Made by a program: the position numbers and the translations under genes
Assembly (NCBI GenBank): GCA_026986575.1
Contig: JALSOH010000009.1
Coordinates: forward strand, 1-64,000
DNA: 64,000 nt
Source of the DNA: Thermoproteota archaeon
Lineage (GTDB): Archaea > Korarchaeota > Korarchaeia > Korarchaeales > Korarchaeaceae
Direction of reading: 5' to 3'
Shown here: positions 19,653 to 29,481 of the stretch, one piece after another
Numbering within the stretch: position 1 is the first letter of the stretch
Layout of the letters: each line of letters starts with the position of its first letter
The notes under the pieces: model-generated
What the model saw: only the letters and a program-made list of their open reading frames with translations
The model's database searches: none
Told to the model about the DNA's origin: nothing

Positions 19653-20231
19653 ATGAACAGAGAGGAGCTCAAAGTCAGGATAAGGAGGATCTTAGGCTCG
19701 CTGATAAAGCTCACCATTGCAATGATCGCCTTAGCCGCCCTAGATGCCATGTTCGGGGGAATGAAGTTCGAGGCCTTCGGCCTCCTTCTGGACACTAGCG
19801 AGATCCTAGGAGGAGTTAGGCTCCTAGCGATCATATACTACGGGTACTGGGTCCTGAGGGACTCGCTCTTCTTCTTAGACGTGTTGAGTGACATCCTCGC
19901 GAGGAGGTTCGGTCTGGGGGAGAAGGGGAATTTGAGGAGGGCAGGCTTGGACTTCCTCTACTTGCTATCCACGGCCCTAGCGTGGTTCGGCCTCTCACCC
20001 TTCTTCAGACTACTGCCGGACACGGTGATCAGGATTATCTCCGTCCTATTCATCCTGATCTCACTACTCTTCGTCTACGATCTGGTGAAGACCGTGTACT
20101 CGATGCTCAAGATAAGCTTCGAATCCTTGGTGGAGACCCTTTCCGACCTGTTGGGGAGGGAGCTGGTGGGGAGATCAGGGGAAGAGGAGGAGAAAGTAAA
20201 TCTCGCTCACGACAAGGTGAAGGAAGGTTAG
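19653..20231 (+). CDS. 4-TM hypothetical membrane protein
   Basis: Four hydrophobic segments. ATG 19653 follows a TATA-like element. Confidence 0.7.
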   Translation: MNREELKVRIRRILGSLIKLTIAMIALAALDAMFGGMKFEAFGLLLDTSEILGGVRLLAIIYYGYWVLRDSLFFLDVLSDILARRFGLGEKGNLRRAGLDFLYLLSTALAWFGLSPFFRLLPDTVIRIISVLFILISLLFVYDLVKTVYSMLKISFESLVETLSDLLGRELVGRSGEEEEKVNLAHDKVKEG

Positions 20232-21428
20232 TGGAGCTCCGTACTTGGTGAATTCCATCGGGTTGAGTCCTTCCTCCTTCTGGAGGACTCCAACAGCCAC
20301 GAGGGAGGGGGGCGAGGCGAAGTAGGTCAGGTTACCTCCTATATTAGCTCCCACCGCCACCGCGTAAGGGAGGACCTTGGTGAGGGAGGGCATCGCCTTC
20401 AGTATCGAGGTGAAGGTGAGGGCCACGGGTATGTTATCCACGAACCCGCTCAACAGCCCAGAGGACCACAATGTCAGAGTCAGGAAGGTGAGGGGAGTCT
20501 CCCTCAACCCACCCATGTAAGAGGAGATATAGTTTAAGAGGTCAGCCTTCTCCACGCCTCCCACCACCACGTAGAAGGAGGCTAGGAAGAAGACGGTGGA
20601 CCAGTCCACGTTGGAGAATATCTCGTCCGGATCGGCCCCACCCATCCAGAGCATGAGAGTAGCCATGAGGAACGCGACGAGGTCCATGGGGAATTGAGGT
20701 AAGTTGGCCACGATCAGGGCGAGGAAGGCGGAGAAGATCAGGAAGGACCTGACGAGCTTCCCCCTCGCGAAGGAGCTCCTAGTGGCGGTGAGCTCACCTC
20801 CTCCCTCTCGGTAGAGGCCACCAGTCGCCACCCCCACCAACGCAGTTACGGTCGTGAGTAGGAGGGATAGGGGCAGGGCCACCCTCAGGAACTCGTTGAA
20901 GCTTATCCCGAAGTTGAGCGCGACGATCAGGTTGGGTATGCTACTTATCATCAGGCCCATGGCCCCGCTGTTTGCGATCACGGCTTCGTAGATGATCCAC
21001 TTCTTCAGGTTGATGCCTAGTCGATCCCTGAGGCTGGTGGTAATTGCAGCCATGACCAGCATGGCTGGGAAGTTCGCTAGGAAGAGGGTGACCGCCAAGG
21101 TTAGGTACATGAAGGACACGAAGAGAAGGTTCCTCCTCCTAGCGAGGGCTCTCGCTACGAGAAGGCCCATCGCTTGGAAGAGTCCCGACTCGGAGAGCCC
21201 CTCCACTAGGATGAGGACTCCCACAATAAAGAGGAGGGTGTGCCAGTCAATGAAGTTGAAAACCTCCTCGGGCGAGAAGAGCCCGTAGACATAGGCGCCG
21301 AAGTACACCATGATGGCGGCGCTGATCATGGCTGAGGTGGCCCTGTGGTACTTCTCGGTGACTAGGAGGAGTATCGATAGTAGGAAGACTCCCAAAATCG
21401 CGAGCTGAGGATCAGTCAGCTGGATCAT
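20175..21428 (-). CDS. ArsB/NhaD/CitMHS (IT superfamily) anion transporter
   Basis: IDWHTLLF, SSIPNLIV, VDWSTVFF, SGFVDNIP, GANIGGNLT. Confidence 0.88.
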   Translation of the reverse strand: MIQLTDPQLAILGVFLLSILLLVTEKYHRATSAMISAAIMVYFGAYVYGLFSPEEVFNFIDWHTLLFIVGVLILVEGLSESGLFQAMGLLVARALARRRNLLFVSFMYLTLAVTLFLANFPAMLVMAAITTSLRDRLGINLKKWIIYEAVIANSGAMGLMISSIPNLIVALNFGISFNEFLRVALPLSLLLTTVTALVGVATGGLYREGGGELTATRSSFARGKLVRSFLIFSAFLALIVANLPQFPMDLVAFLMATLMLWMGGADPDEIFSNVDWSTVFFLASFYVVVGGVEKADLLNYISSYMGGLRETPLTFLTLTLWSSGLLSGFVDNIPVALTFTSILKAMPSLTKVLPYAVAVGANIGGNLTYFASPPSLVAVGVLQKEEGLNPMEFTKYGAPLTFLHLVVSEIYFLLLFP

Positions 21429-21729
21429 TCCGTTCCCCAGCCGATCTAGCCAGCTCCTCCACCTTACTCAGGAAGTTCTCGTCCTGTTCAAGCCCCCTCG
21501 CATCCTCAACTGGTATATCGAGGGGAATTATGAGGAAAGAAGCACCTTTCTTCTCTAAGAAGAGGTGTGTCAGCCTCTCCACCCTCTCTAAGTAATACTT
21601 GTTCTTAAGGAGGTTTTCCAACCTCTCCTGATCCACTTCTCCCTTAAGATATATTTTCACCCTGACGAAAGGCCTTATAGCTCTCTCCACCTCATCTCGG
21701 AGATCCTCATACTTGTTGAGTTTGCTCAT
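21412..21729 (-). CDS. Hypothetical soluble protein coupled to the transporter
   Basis: ATG 21729 (MSKLNKYEDLR...); overlaps the transporter start. Confidence 0.65.
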   Translation of the reverse strand: MSKLNKYEDLRDEVERAIRPFVRVKIYLKGEVDQERLENLLKNKYYLERVERLTHLFLEKKGASFLIIPLDIPVEDARGLEQDENFLSKVEELARSAGERNDPAD

Positions 21730-21830
21730 CGAGTCGTCTTCATCAGATAAAGCTAAAAAGTTGCTTTTCCAGCCGCTAACTGACACTTCCGTCAAGGACG
21801 AGTTATTTTGTCTCCCTACCCATCTGAAGT

Positions 21831-22727
21831 ATGTTACTGAGTACGGATGTTGGAGCCCTTGATAGAGTATCGGCACTGATATCAGGCCTAGGCCTCTCGC
21901 GAGATAAGTACGAGGATCCTCTTTTCTTCCCACCTAAGGATGATTCGGTGGAGAGGCAGCTCGGCTTCTTTCTATCAATGGTTGCCATAGATCATCGTAC
22001 CCGCACAGAGCTCACCGACTTCTCCGCTGAGATAGAGGGCAGGGAGCTGGTAGGAGCTGATCTCCTTTACTACCTCGGGATGGGCGTATATGAGGACAGG
22101 AGATCATTCACACCGGAATGGCTCGCTCACCTGACCCCGGAGGAGGCCAAGCGATTACTTTGCTTCGAGGAGAATTGCGTCTGGGATTTCTACACGAGGA
22201 TATTCCTGCTCAGGGATCTGGGTAGGAAGGTGAGAGAGAGCTTCGCTGACCTGCTGCTCGTCGATGGCTTGGAGGAGCTGATATCTAACCTGTCGAGCTT
22301 CAGGGCCTTTGAGGATCCGGTGAGGAAGAAGGCGTTCCTTCTCGCTAAGTTCCTTGATGGCAGGGATTTGGTCAGGCTCGAGGGTGAGAGGCAAGTCCCC
22401 GTGGACAATCACCTGATCAGGATAGCGATGAGGCTGGGCATGGCCGATCCATCCGAGGATCTGCTTGAGAGAATGCGTAGAGATATAGAGCTCACGAGAG
22501 AGGAAGATGTGGAAGTCAGGATGACTGTCAGGGAGATTTGGAAGGAGGTATCAAATAGGAGCGGGGTAGAACCTTTCACACTTGACGATTTCTTATGGCC
22601 TTTCGGTAGATCCACATGTAAGGAAAAACCTAACTGCAGAAAGTGCCCTCTATCAGAGGTGTGCAGGGCTAATTCCACGGGAAGATACTGGAAGGAGCCG
22701 AAGCACACCCTCACTTGGTACTACTAG
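21831..22727 (+). CDS. HhH-glycosylase / queuosine-salvage-like protein with C-terminal [4Fe-4S] loop
   Basis: FEDPVRKKAFL, VPVDNHLIRIAMRLG, LDDFLW, CKEKPNCRKCPLSEVC. Confidence 0.75.
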   Translation: MLLSTDVGALDRVSALISGLGLSRDKYEDPLFFPPKDDSVERQLGFFLSMVAIDHRTRTELTDFSAEIEGRELVGADLLYYLGMGVYEDRRSFTPEWLAHLTPEEAKRLLCFEENCVWDFYTRIFLLRDLGRKVRESFADLLLVDGLEELISNLSSFRAFEDPVRKKAFLLAKFLDGRDLVRLEGERQVPVDNHLIRIAMRLGMADPSEDLLERMRRDIELTREEDVEVRMTVREIWKEVSNRSGVEPFTLDDFLWPFGRSTCKEKPNCRKCPLSEVCRANSTGRYWKEPKHTLTWYY

Positions 22728-23070
22728 GCGCGAACACCAGCCAGGATGGGTATCTCCAGCATGTCAGGCAGTTAGAGGTATCGGTTCGCTGATAGATAGG
22801 CCAATTTTGCCCTGCCTCCTTTCTTAAAACCCTTTGACACGCCCAACAGCCGGTCCCATGATTCTGTCATTTTTAACCTGCAACTGATGCCAGAAGGTCC
22901 GCGAAAACATTTGGAGGATTTAATTTCCGAGAACTTCACTGCTGTTCAATAGACAGTGGCGCTGCTGACGACTGAGAGACAGTGATCTAAGGTGTTCGAT
23001 ATGCCCTGATTAACGTACGTACCCGATTCTCAGGCATCCATCACTCTGCCTAAACTCTAATTTCATGTAA

Positions 23071-23814
23071 CTACCTCTCATAAATCGGAGCATCCAAGAA
23101 TCTCCCATACAGCCTCAGGATTTCCTCCTCGCCCTCGCTCTCGTCACCGTAGATGAGGACCCCCTCGTCAACTATGGTCTTAGCTAGGGCTAGGTCCACC
23201 TCTAAGTTTAGCACAACCAGATCGACCCGAGCCTTAAGTAGGTCCTCAAGCTCCACTTGGAGTCTCCCTACGTCTAGCATGCTTCTGGGTTTCTCTTCCA
23301 GCTTAACGGCCAGATCCACGTCATTACCGCATCCCTCCCTAGCTAGTGAGCCGAAGACGAACGCTAGCCTTATGCCCAGCTCCCTAGCTCTCTCCCTTAT
23401 CCTCTCTCTAACACTGTCCAAGCATGGATCTTCAGCTAACCTGCTCAGACGCTCTATCAACTCCGGGACCTTCTCAGCGAGTTCCTCAAAGGCCCTCGTC
23501 TCCATCTCCCTGTCTATGTCACCGTACATGTGAACTAGGATATTTCTGAACCCCGCTACTCCCTCTAGGAACTCCCTTAAGCTAGGATCTACGACATCCG
23601 ACAGCCATCTTGCGAGGTCCTTGTACGTATCCGGTTTTCTCCCCTGCCTCTTTGAAGCGAGGACTGCTGCGAAGTCCAAAATTACTTGGGATATCAGCTG
23701 AGCGAGCCGCTCGACCGCATAAACACTCTCTGTTCCCGACCGGTAATTGCTCAGAGCCTCTACGAACTCTCTATAGTAATACTCCAACTTCTCCAACAAT
23801 TTCTTGAGCTTCAT
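23071..23814 (-). CDS. HepT(DUF86)-MNT fusion protein
   Basis: N-terminal VERLAQ...PDTY...GFRNILVHMY; C-terminal VFGSLAREGCGNDVDLAV...VDLV. Confidence 0.88.
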   Translation of the reverse strand: MKLKKLLEKLEYYYREFVEALSNYRSGTESVYAVERLAQLISQVILDFAAVLASKRQGRKPDTYKDLARWLSDVVDPSLREFLEGVAGFRNILVHMYGDIDREMETRAFEELAEKVPELIERLSRLAEDPCLDSVRERIRERARELGIRLAFVFGSLAREGCGNDVDLAVKLEEKPRSMLDVGRLQVELEDLLKARVDLVVLNLEVDLALAKTIVDEGVLIYGDESEGEEEILRLYGRFLDAPIYER

Positions 23815-23958
23815 TATGATATCTCAAGGGGCTGATCTAAAAGACCTTACCGTGTACAGGGATGCAATTCACCTTCTAGGGTTCGCATCCCAATTCCTCA
23901 GGGCCTATTCGTACAGAGATCTATTAAAGGACTCCCACTCGACAGTAATCACGCAAAC

Positions 23959-24369
23959 TCACCCCCTTTCACGCTTTACTATGTTCTTTATAACCTCATC
24001 TAGGTCATAGTACTCCAGATCGTTCACGAGAGCCGTAGCTGCGTGAATTGAATCGAAGAAGGAGAGTTGGGAGTACTTAACCCTCAGCTCAGCAGCACCC
24101 GATATTATCTCGAATGTCAGTTCAGGGAAGGAGGGCCTTGTATACCTCCTTATTAAGGATTCCATGGCAGCGAGAGCCCGACTAATTCCCTCCTCAGGCA
24201 ATCCCTTAGACTTAAGTATCAAGGAAAGCTCAACGAGCGAGGCAGGAGAGATAAAGATCTTCACTTCACCTTCCCTCGCCTGCTTCAGCAGATCGACGGC
24301 CCACCCACGATTCCTGTCCCTCGGATTCAAAGAGACCAAGAACCCCGTTTCTAGTAGGACTTTTGTCAA
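23959..24369 (-). CDS. PIN-domain (VapC) toxin
   Basis: LLETGFL...ELSL...SFFDSIHAATA. Confidence 0.88.
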   Translation of the reverse strand: MTKVLLETGFLVSLNPRDRNRGWAVDLLKQAREGEVKIFISPASLVELSLILKSKGLPEEGISRALAAMESLIRRYTRPSFPELTFEIISGAAELRVKYSQLSFFDSIHAATALVNDLEYYDLDEVIKNIVKRERG

Positions 24370-24608
24370 GCGGACACCTCTTCCAAGGCCTGCTGCTCAG
24401 CTACCCTCCTGAGCTCCCTAGAGAACGTGAGATCACCCAACAGCTCCTCTAATACCTTCTCCGGATCTTCCAGCTTTTTTATGAGGATTCCACTCTTCTC
24501 TAATGTTATAACTACCTTGTCACCTTCCCTCAAGCCAAGCTTTTCCCTCACCTTCTTCGGGAGCACTATCCTCCCCTTACTGTCTACCACCGCTTGCATC
24601 GTATTCAT
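24366..24608 (-). CDS. AbrB/MazE-family antitoxin
   Basis: VVDSKGRIVLPKKVREKLGLREGD; overlaps the PIN start. Confidence 0.9.
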   Translation of the reverse strand: MNTMQAVVDSKGRIVLPKKVREKLGLREGDKVVITLEKSGILIKKLEDPEKVLEELLGDLTFSRELRRVAEQQALEEVSA

Positions 24609-25346
24609 TAGTGGGTCCCACCTATAAATAATTTCCCACCTCACCTCAGGTGTTCAGCACAGATGTCCTAGAATGTCGAAAGAAACACCGAAAGAATCAC
24701 CCTTTAACCGCTGAGTATTCTTCCACATGAGCTTGACCCTCCCGTAGTAGATCCTGATAAAACTTCCCAAGAAAAAGTAAAATGGAACTCTACTATCCTC
24801 AGTAAGGAATAGAATTAGCTGGTGGTGAGGAACTCTCGGCTCCCATAGAGGAATTCATTGAGGTCGTCGATTCCTTTACCTAAGCTGGATCTCAACTGAG
24901 TCGATATTTACGGAAGAATGCCTTCTATTGCTTCTACGGGATCATCCTCGAGTTCAGGTATCTTCATCGGAGACAGCTGAGATCCAGAGCGAGATCGTCT
25001 CCCCACCTCCCGCTTAGTGATCCTCCGGTGTGACCGAACCTCTTCATGATCGACTCTTTGAACCATCTTCTCTGGTCTGGCTGTCCATGCTCACTCAGAT
25101 CGTTGCTGGAATTAGGCTCCCGTTATTTTTCACTTATCGCCACTTAGCCATACGCAGCAATAATTCCCGGATATCGACCTTCTCCAACCCAGAGTCGGGC
25201 GACCCGAAACATTGGGACCCGACCTATAGAGAGGAACGATCTTCAGATCCAAGCCTCCCCTTTAATCCACTTAGCTTCCGGCCTCATGGAAAGGTGAGAA
25301 ACAGGCCCTGCTCTCTTCCAGCCTGTTATAATTGCGAGAGGGATCC

Positions 25347-26366
25347 TCAGTGCAGGGGAAACCACCTCCTCACCTCTATCTCGAACTCCCTCCCGGGTAC
25401 TCTGGGGAGCCACACCTCCATCTCCTCACGCGAGAACTCGGATCTGACCTTCACCCTATATCCGGAGCGCCACCTCGAGATGGCCTCGACCTCGACGGGC
25501 AGGCCCTCGCCCAGCCCCACGTCCTCCGGATAGAATCCGATCCTCAGCTTCCCCAGCCCCACCTCGTACCTGACGGTGAGCCTACCGGCGCCGTAAACCC
25601 CCGGGGAGACCTCCACCAGCTCCACAACGTTGGCACCTAAAAAGGAGGCGACGAAGACCGTTCGAGGATCGCTCACCACCTCCTCCACGCCCCCCTCCCT
25701 CACGATCCTGCCCTCATTCATAACGGCCAGCCTGTCTGCTATGGCCATGGCTTCGGACTGATCGTGCGTCACGTGTATTGCAGTGAACCCGTTCTCCTCC
25801 CTCAGCCTCCTGACCTCCCACAGGAGCTCCTCCCTGAGCTTGGCGTCGAGCGAGCCGAAGGGCTCGTCCAGCAGGAGGATGCGCGGGTCCGGAGCTAATG
25901 CCCTAGCGATGGCGACCCTCTGCTGCTGTCCACCCGAGAGCTGGTGTGGATACCTGTCCTCCAGCCCCTCCAACCTGAGCATCTCCAACACCTCCCTCGC
26001 TCTCTCCTTTGCCTCTCCTCTAGGCATTCCCCTGGCCTCGAGCCCGAATGACACATTCTCGAGGACGGTCATGTGGGGGAAGAGCGCGAGATCTTGGAAG
26101 ACCATTCCAACACCCCTTTCCGAGGCCGGCGCGTCAGTGACGTCCACCCCGTCGAAGTACACCCTACCTTCATCCGGCGTCTCCAGCCCGGCTATCACCC
26201 TGAGCAGGGTCGTCTTTCCCGAGCCGCTCGGGCCGAGTACGGCGGTTATCATCCCATCCGGAGCCGTCAGATCGACCCCGTCCAGTGCCTTGGTACCTTG
26301 GAACCTTTTCCTCACATCAACTACCCTGATCTCCGCCACGCACCTCACCCGTCCTCTCACGCGCAC
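25347..26366 (-). CDS. thiQ: ABC transporter ATPase (thiamine, ThiQ by context)
   Basis: GPSGSGKT, LSGGQQQR, LLLDEP, VTHD; downstream of thiB/thiP. Confidence 0.85.
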   Translation of the reverse strand: MRVRGRVRCVAEIRVVDVRKRFQGTKALDGVDLTAPDGMITAVLGPSGSGKTTLLRVIAGLETPDEGRVYFDGVDVTDAPASERGVGMVFQDLALFPHMTVLENVSFGLEARGMPRGEAKERAREVLEMLRLEGLEDRYPHQLSGGQQQRVAIARALAPDPRILLLDEPFGSLDAKLREELLWEVRRLREENGFTAIHVTHDQSEAMAIADRLAVMNEGRIVREGGVEEVVSDPRTVFVASFLGANVVELVEVSPGVYGAGRLTVRYEVGLGKLRIGFYPEDVGLGEGLPVEVEAISRWRSGYRVKVRSEFSREEMEVWLPRVPGREFEIEVRRWFPLH

Positions 26367-26472
26367 CTCCTTCGGAGATCGCAGTCAAGGCGTCCCACTT
26401 AATCACTATGTCTTCCCGTGTGCCGAACTTTACCATTACCATCAGCCCTCAAGTCGCACACAGACTCCCCAG

Positions 26473-28017
26473 TCACTCCCTCACCCACCTCAGCCTAGAC
26501 TCCACCCTGCCCTTCACCCAGAGGAAGAGCCAAGTCAGCCCCATGACGAGTACGGAGGCCGCTGATGCCAGTTGGAACCTTCTAGCACCGGAGTACCTCA
26601 AAGCTGCGACGGTGAGGGTCATGGTCTCGGGAGTGGCTAGAAGGGTGGACGCAGAGGTCTCGGAGAGAGATATGGCCAGGGAGTAGAAGGCCGAGGAGAG
26701 GACGGTCGGCATCGCTGCCGGGAGGACGACCTTGAAGATCGTGTCGAGCCTGCTCAGACCTAACGTCTCGGCAGCATCCATGAGGTGGGGCGACAGTCCC
26801 GCTACTCCGGATTCCAGCACCTTCAGGGAGAACGGGAAGGCGATGAGGAAGTGACTTAGAACTATCGCGACCCAGCCGGGGATCCCCACCCTGTAGCTGA
26901 GCAGCAACAGCCCCAAGGCTAGGGTGATGGGCGAGGTTCCGAGTGGTAGGATGGAAAGAGAGCTGGCCAGCCTCATTGCCCTCCTCGAGAGGAGAAGGAC
27001 GGAGGAAATGGTCAGCACGATGAGGGAGGTCATCACCGCGTAGTAAATACTGTTCAGGAGTGGCCTCAAGGGAGAGACGCCGATGGCGGGATCGTAGGAA
27101 GGGCTCAGCAGCCTCAGGTACACCCAGGGGTTGAACTCGCCGGTAAAGGGGTTGTAGAGGGACCTGATAACCAAGTAGGCCATGGGATAGGAAGAGATGA
27201 GGGTCAGCGCGTAGGGGAGGAGGGCAACGCCAGCCCTAGCAGAACGGCGCCTCCTCACCTCCAGCGACCTAGCCTCCACCCCCCTCATGGTGAGCAGGAA
27301 GGTCAGGGCCATGGTCACGATCAGTTGGAGGATCGCGGCCGAAGAAGCCCTCTCCTCATCTAGGAAGACCTTGTAAAGTGAGTAGATCTCCACCTCCAGC
27401 GTCCTGGAACCGGGACCGCCCAGCAGCAGGGGTACGGCGAAGCTGGTGAAGCTGAGGGTGAATGTCAGGGCGAACCCATAGGAGACACCCCTGAAGGCAA
27501 GAGGGATTATCACCCTCTTCCATACCATCCACCTGCTCGCTCCCATGACCTCAGCAGCCTCCTCTAGACGCTTGCCCACCGATAGCAGGGAGGAGGAGAC
27601 AAGTGAGGCGCAGAAACCGAAGTTGAAGTAAGCGTTAGCCAAGGAGATGGCCAGAAGGCCGGGAGGGAGCAAGCCGGATCTGACTATGAGGAGGAAGGCC
27701 AGGGCCACCGACACTGTGGGCATGGTGAAGGGAGCTAGGGTAATCACCTCAACGAGCCTCCTGCCGGGATAGTCGAAGGAGGCATTGACGTATCCCAGAG
27801 GTATCCCGACGCCGACGGCGATTATTGATGCGAGGAGGGCCTGCTCGAAGGAGAAGAGAAGCGCAGACATTATGGCGGGATCCGTAAACACTTCGGGAAT
27901 GTGGGTAACGCCCGAGACCATGAGCGGGAGGAAAGCGATGGCCCACAAGAGGGGAGCTAGTGAAGCGGATGCCAGCGCTGCCAGATGCTCCCCCCTCCCA
28001 CCCATGTCACGAGGCAC
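26473..28017 (-). CDS. thiP: ABC permease with duplicated BPD_transp_1 domains (ThiP)
   Basis: Two EAA loops (LEEAAEVMGAS, LMDAAETLGLS) and TLEVEIY. Confidence 0.85.
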   Translation of the reverse strand: MPRDMGGRGEHLAALASASLAPLLWAIAFLPLMVSGVTHIPEVFTDPAIMSALLFSFEQALLASIIAVGVGIPLGYVNASFDYPGRRLVEVITLAPFTMPTVSVALAFLLIVRSGLLPPGLLAISLANAYFNFGFCASLVSSSLLSVGKRLEEAAEVMGASRWMVWKRVIIPLAFRGVSYGFALTFTLSFTSFAVPLLLGGPGSRTLEVEIYSLYKVFLDEERASSAAILQLIVTMALTFLLTMRGVEARSLEVRRRRSARAGVALLPYALTLISSYPMAYLVIRSLYNPFTGEFNPWVYLRLLSPSYDPAIGVSPLRPLLNSIYYAVMTSLIVLTISSVLLLSRRAMRLASSLSILPLGTSPITLALGLLLLSYRVGIPGWVAIVLSHFLIAFPFSLKVLESGVAGLSPHLMDAAETLGLSRLDTIFKVVLPAAMPTVLSSAFYSLAISLSETSASTLLATPETMTLTVAALRYSGARRFQLASAASVLVMGLTWLFLWVKGRVESRLRWVRE

Positions 28018-28264
28018 CGTCCGGTAAGAGAGAGGAAAAAGATAAGCTTGCTACTCCTCGAGGAACCTTCCACATCCTCTTCACGGCATACGAGATGTAG
28101 TAGAGGATTCTGGTCTTTCGCTGGAACCTCCTCAACTCCGAGAGGACCCCTTGACCTCTAAGGAGAGGGAGTAGCGCTTCTCCCAAGTCGATCAGTGATG
28201 GCTCCTCACCGACCGAGTAGTAGGGAGGAATGGGTTTAGTTAGGTCTGCCTTAATTTTGATCAC
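28007..28264 (-). CDS. Short hypothetical ORF between thiB and thiP
   Basis: 85-aa ORF on the operon strand overlapping the thiP start; no motif recognised. Confidence 0.3.
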   Translation of the reverse strand: MIKIKADLTKPIPPYYSVGEEPSLIDLGEALLPLLRGQGVLSELRRFQRKTRILYYISYAVKRMWKVPRGVASLSFSSLLPDGAS

Positions 28265-28325
28265 TGGGGAGCTTACGATTTAAGGTTCAGCAGCTGGCTT
28301 AACCCAAAAGAGATGAGGAGGGAGA

Positions 28326-29429
28326 TCAGGAACCCACTGCCCTCCTCCACTCATCTAACCACGTCTTTAGGTTTTTCCCCACCTCCTCAGTAGGTAAGAC
28401 TTCGTTCAGCAGCTTTATCTTGGTTGGATCGAGCGCGTACTTCACGTACTCCTCGGGCAGCTCTACGTTCTTGTTAGCAGGATACATCCAGTTGTTGAGG
28501 GGTATGTGCCTCTGCACCTCCTCGCTGATGAAGTACTCCACGAACCTCTCGGCCAGCTCCCTGTGGGGCGCGTTCTTCACCACCCCAAGCCCCTCTATCT
28601 GCAGCCATCCCCACTCCTCGCCGTTGAGCGTGATCAGCGCAGCCTTGTATCTGGTCTCATTGTAGAAGTGGTAGGAGTAGGCCCCGTCAGTTCCGTAGCT
28701 GACTACTATGGGTCTGCCCTGCTTTTCGTCGAGGAAGACGTCGTAGGCGTCGCCCCAGCTCCCGGTGACGAGCAGCCCGTTGGCCTTCGCTTCCTTCCAC
28801 CACTCAGTCCAGTCACCGCCTTTCACCTTGTAGTAGGCGATCTGCCAGAGGAGGAAGTTTAGGCCGGTGCTGCTCACCGTCGGGTCCTCAGCCACTAGCT
28901 TTGAGGCGTACCCCTTACTCGCCAGTTTCTCGAAGGTGAGACCCTCCATCTTATCCTCGGGCATCCTCTTGCTGTCGTAGACTAGGGCTATCAGCCCGTA
29001 GTCGTAGGGCACTACATGGTAGGAGGGATCCAGCGACTTCACGAGCCACTCATGGATCTCTCCCACGTTCTTGGGCTTGAACTTCTCCAGCACTCCCTCC
29101 TTCAACGCCTCGTGGATCAGCACGTTATCGATCCCTATTATGACATCCGCCCTCGGCCTGTCCCTCTCCTGTATGACCGTCAGCAGAGCCGTCCTCGCAT
29201 CGTCGAACTCCCTTATCTCCACCTTGCAGTTGTACCTGCGCTCGAACTCGCCGAACACAGCCTGCCTCGTCGCGTTGGGGTCGTCCCCCCACTTGAGAAG
29301 GCTCTCGTATGTGTAAATAACGAGCTTCCTCTCGCCGCTGGGCTGGGAGGTCAGGTACCAGTAAGAAATACCCAAAACGACTATGACTACTATGGCTAGG
29401 GCCAATATGACCTTCCCACTCCACCTCAT
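28326..29429 (-). CDS. thiB: Thiamine ABC substrate-binding protein (ThiB/TbpA)
   Basis: N-terminal anchor, LVIYTYES, ADVIIGIDN, PYDYG, SSTG, VVSYGTD, QIEG, NWMYP. ATG 29429 lies just downstream of the riboswitch. Confidence 0.92.
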   Translation of the reverse strand: MRWSGKVILALAIVVIVVLGISYWYLTSQPSGERKLVIYTYESLLKWGDDPNATRQAVFGEFERRYNCKVEIREFDDARTALLTVIQERDRPRADVIIGIDNVLIHEALKEGVLEKFKPKNVGEIHEWLVKSLDPSYHVVPYDYGLIALVYDSKRMPEDKMEGLTFEKLASKGYASKLVAEDPTVSSTGLNFLLWQIAYYKVKGGDWTEWWKEAKANGLLVTGSWGDAYDVFLDEKQGRPIVVSYGTDGAYSYHFYNETRYKAALITLNGEEWGWLQIEGLGVVKNAPHRELAERFVEYFISEEVQRHIPLNNWMYPANKNVELPEEYVKYALDPTKIKLLNEVLPTEEVGKNLKTWLDEWRRAVGS

Positions 29430-29437
29430 CACCGCTG

Positions 29438-29459
29438 CCCTCCAGCGGGCACTGGAGGG
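29438..29459 (-). promoter_or_regulatory. RBS-sequestering hairpin (riboswitch expression platform)
   Basis: CCCUCCAG-UGCCCG-CUGGAGGG; the 3' arm carries GGAGGG 8 nt before the thiB ATG. Confidence 0.7.
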
Positions 29460-29481
29460 GCCGCCAGCATAAGGAGCTGCC

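Noticed and set aside
24650-25340. Possible antitoxin remnant (DDPVEAIEGI...DLNEFLYG) and a 167-aa plus-strand ORF
   Set aside because: Similarity is too weak, the frame is interrupted by stops, and the composition is atypical.
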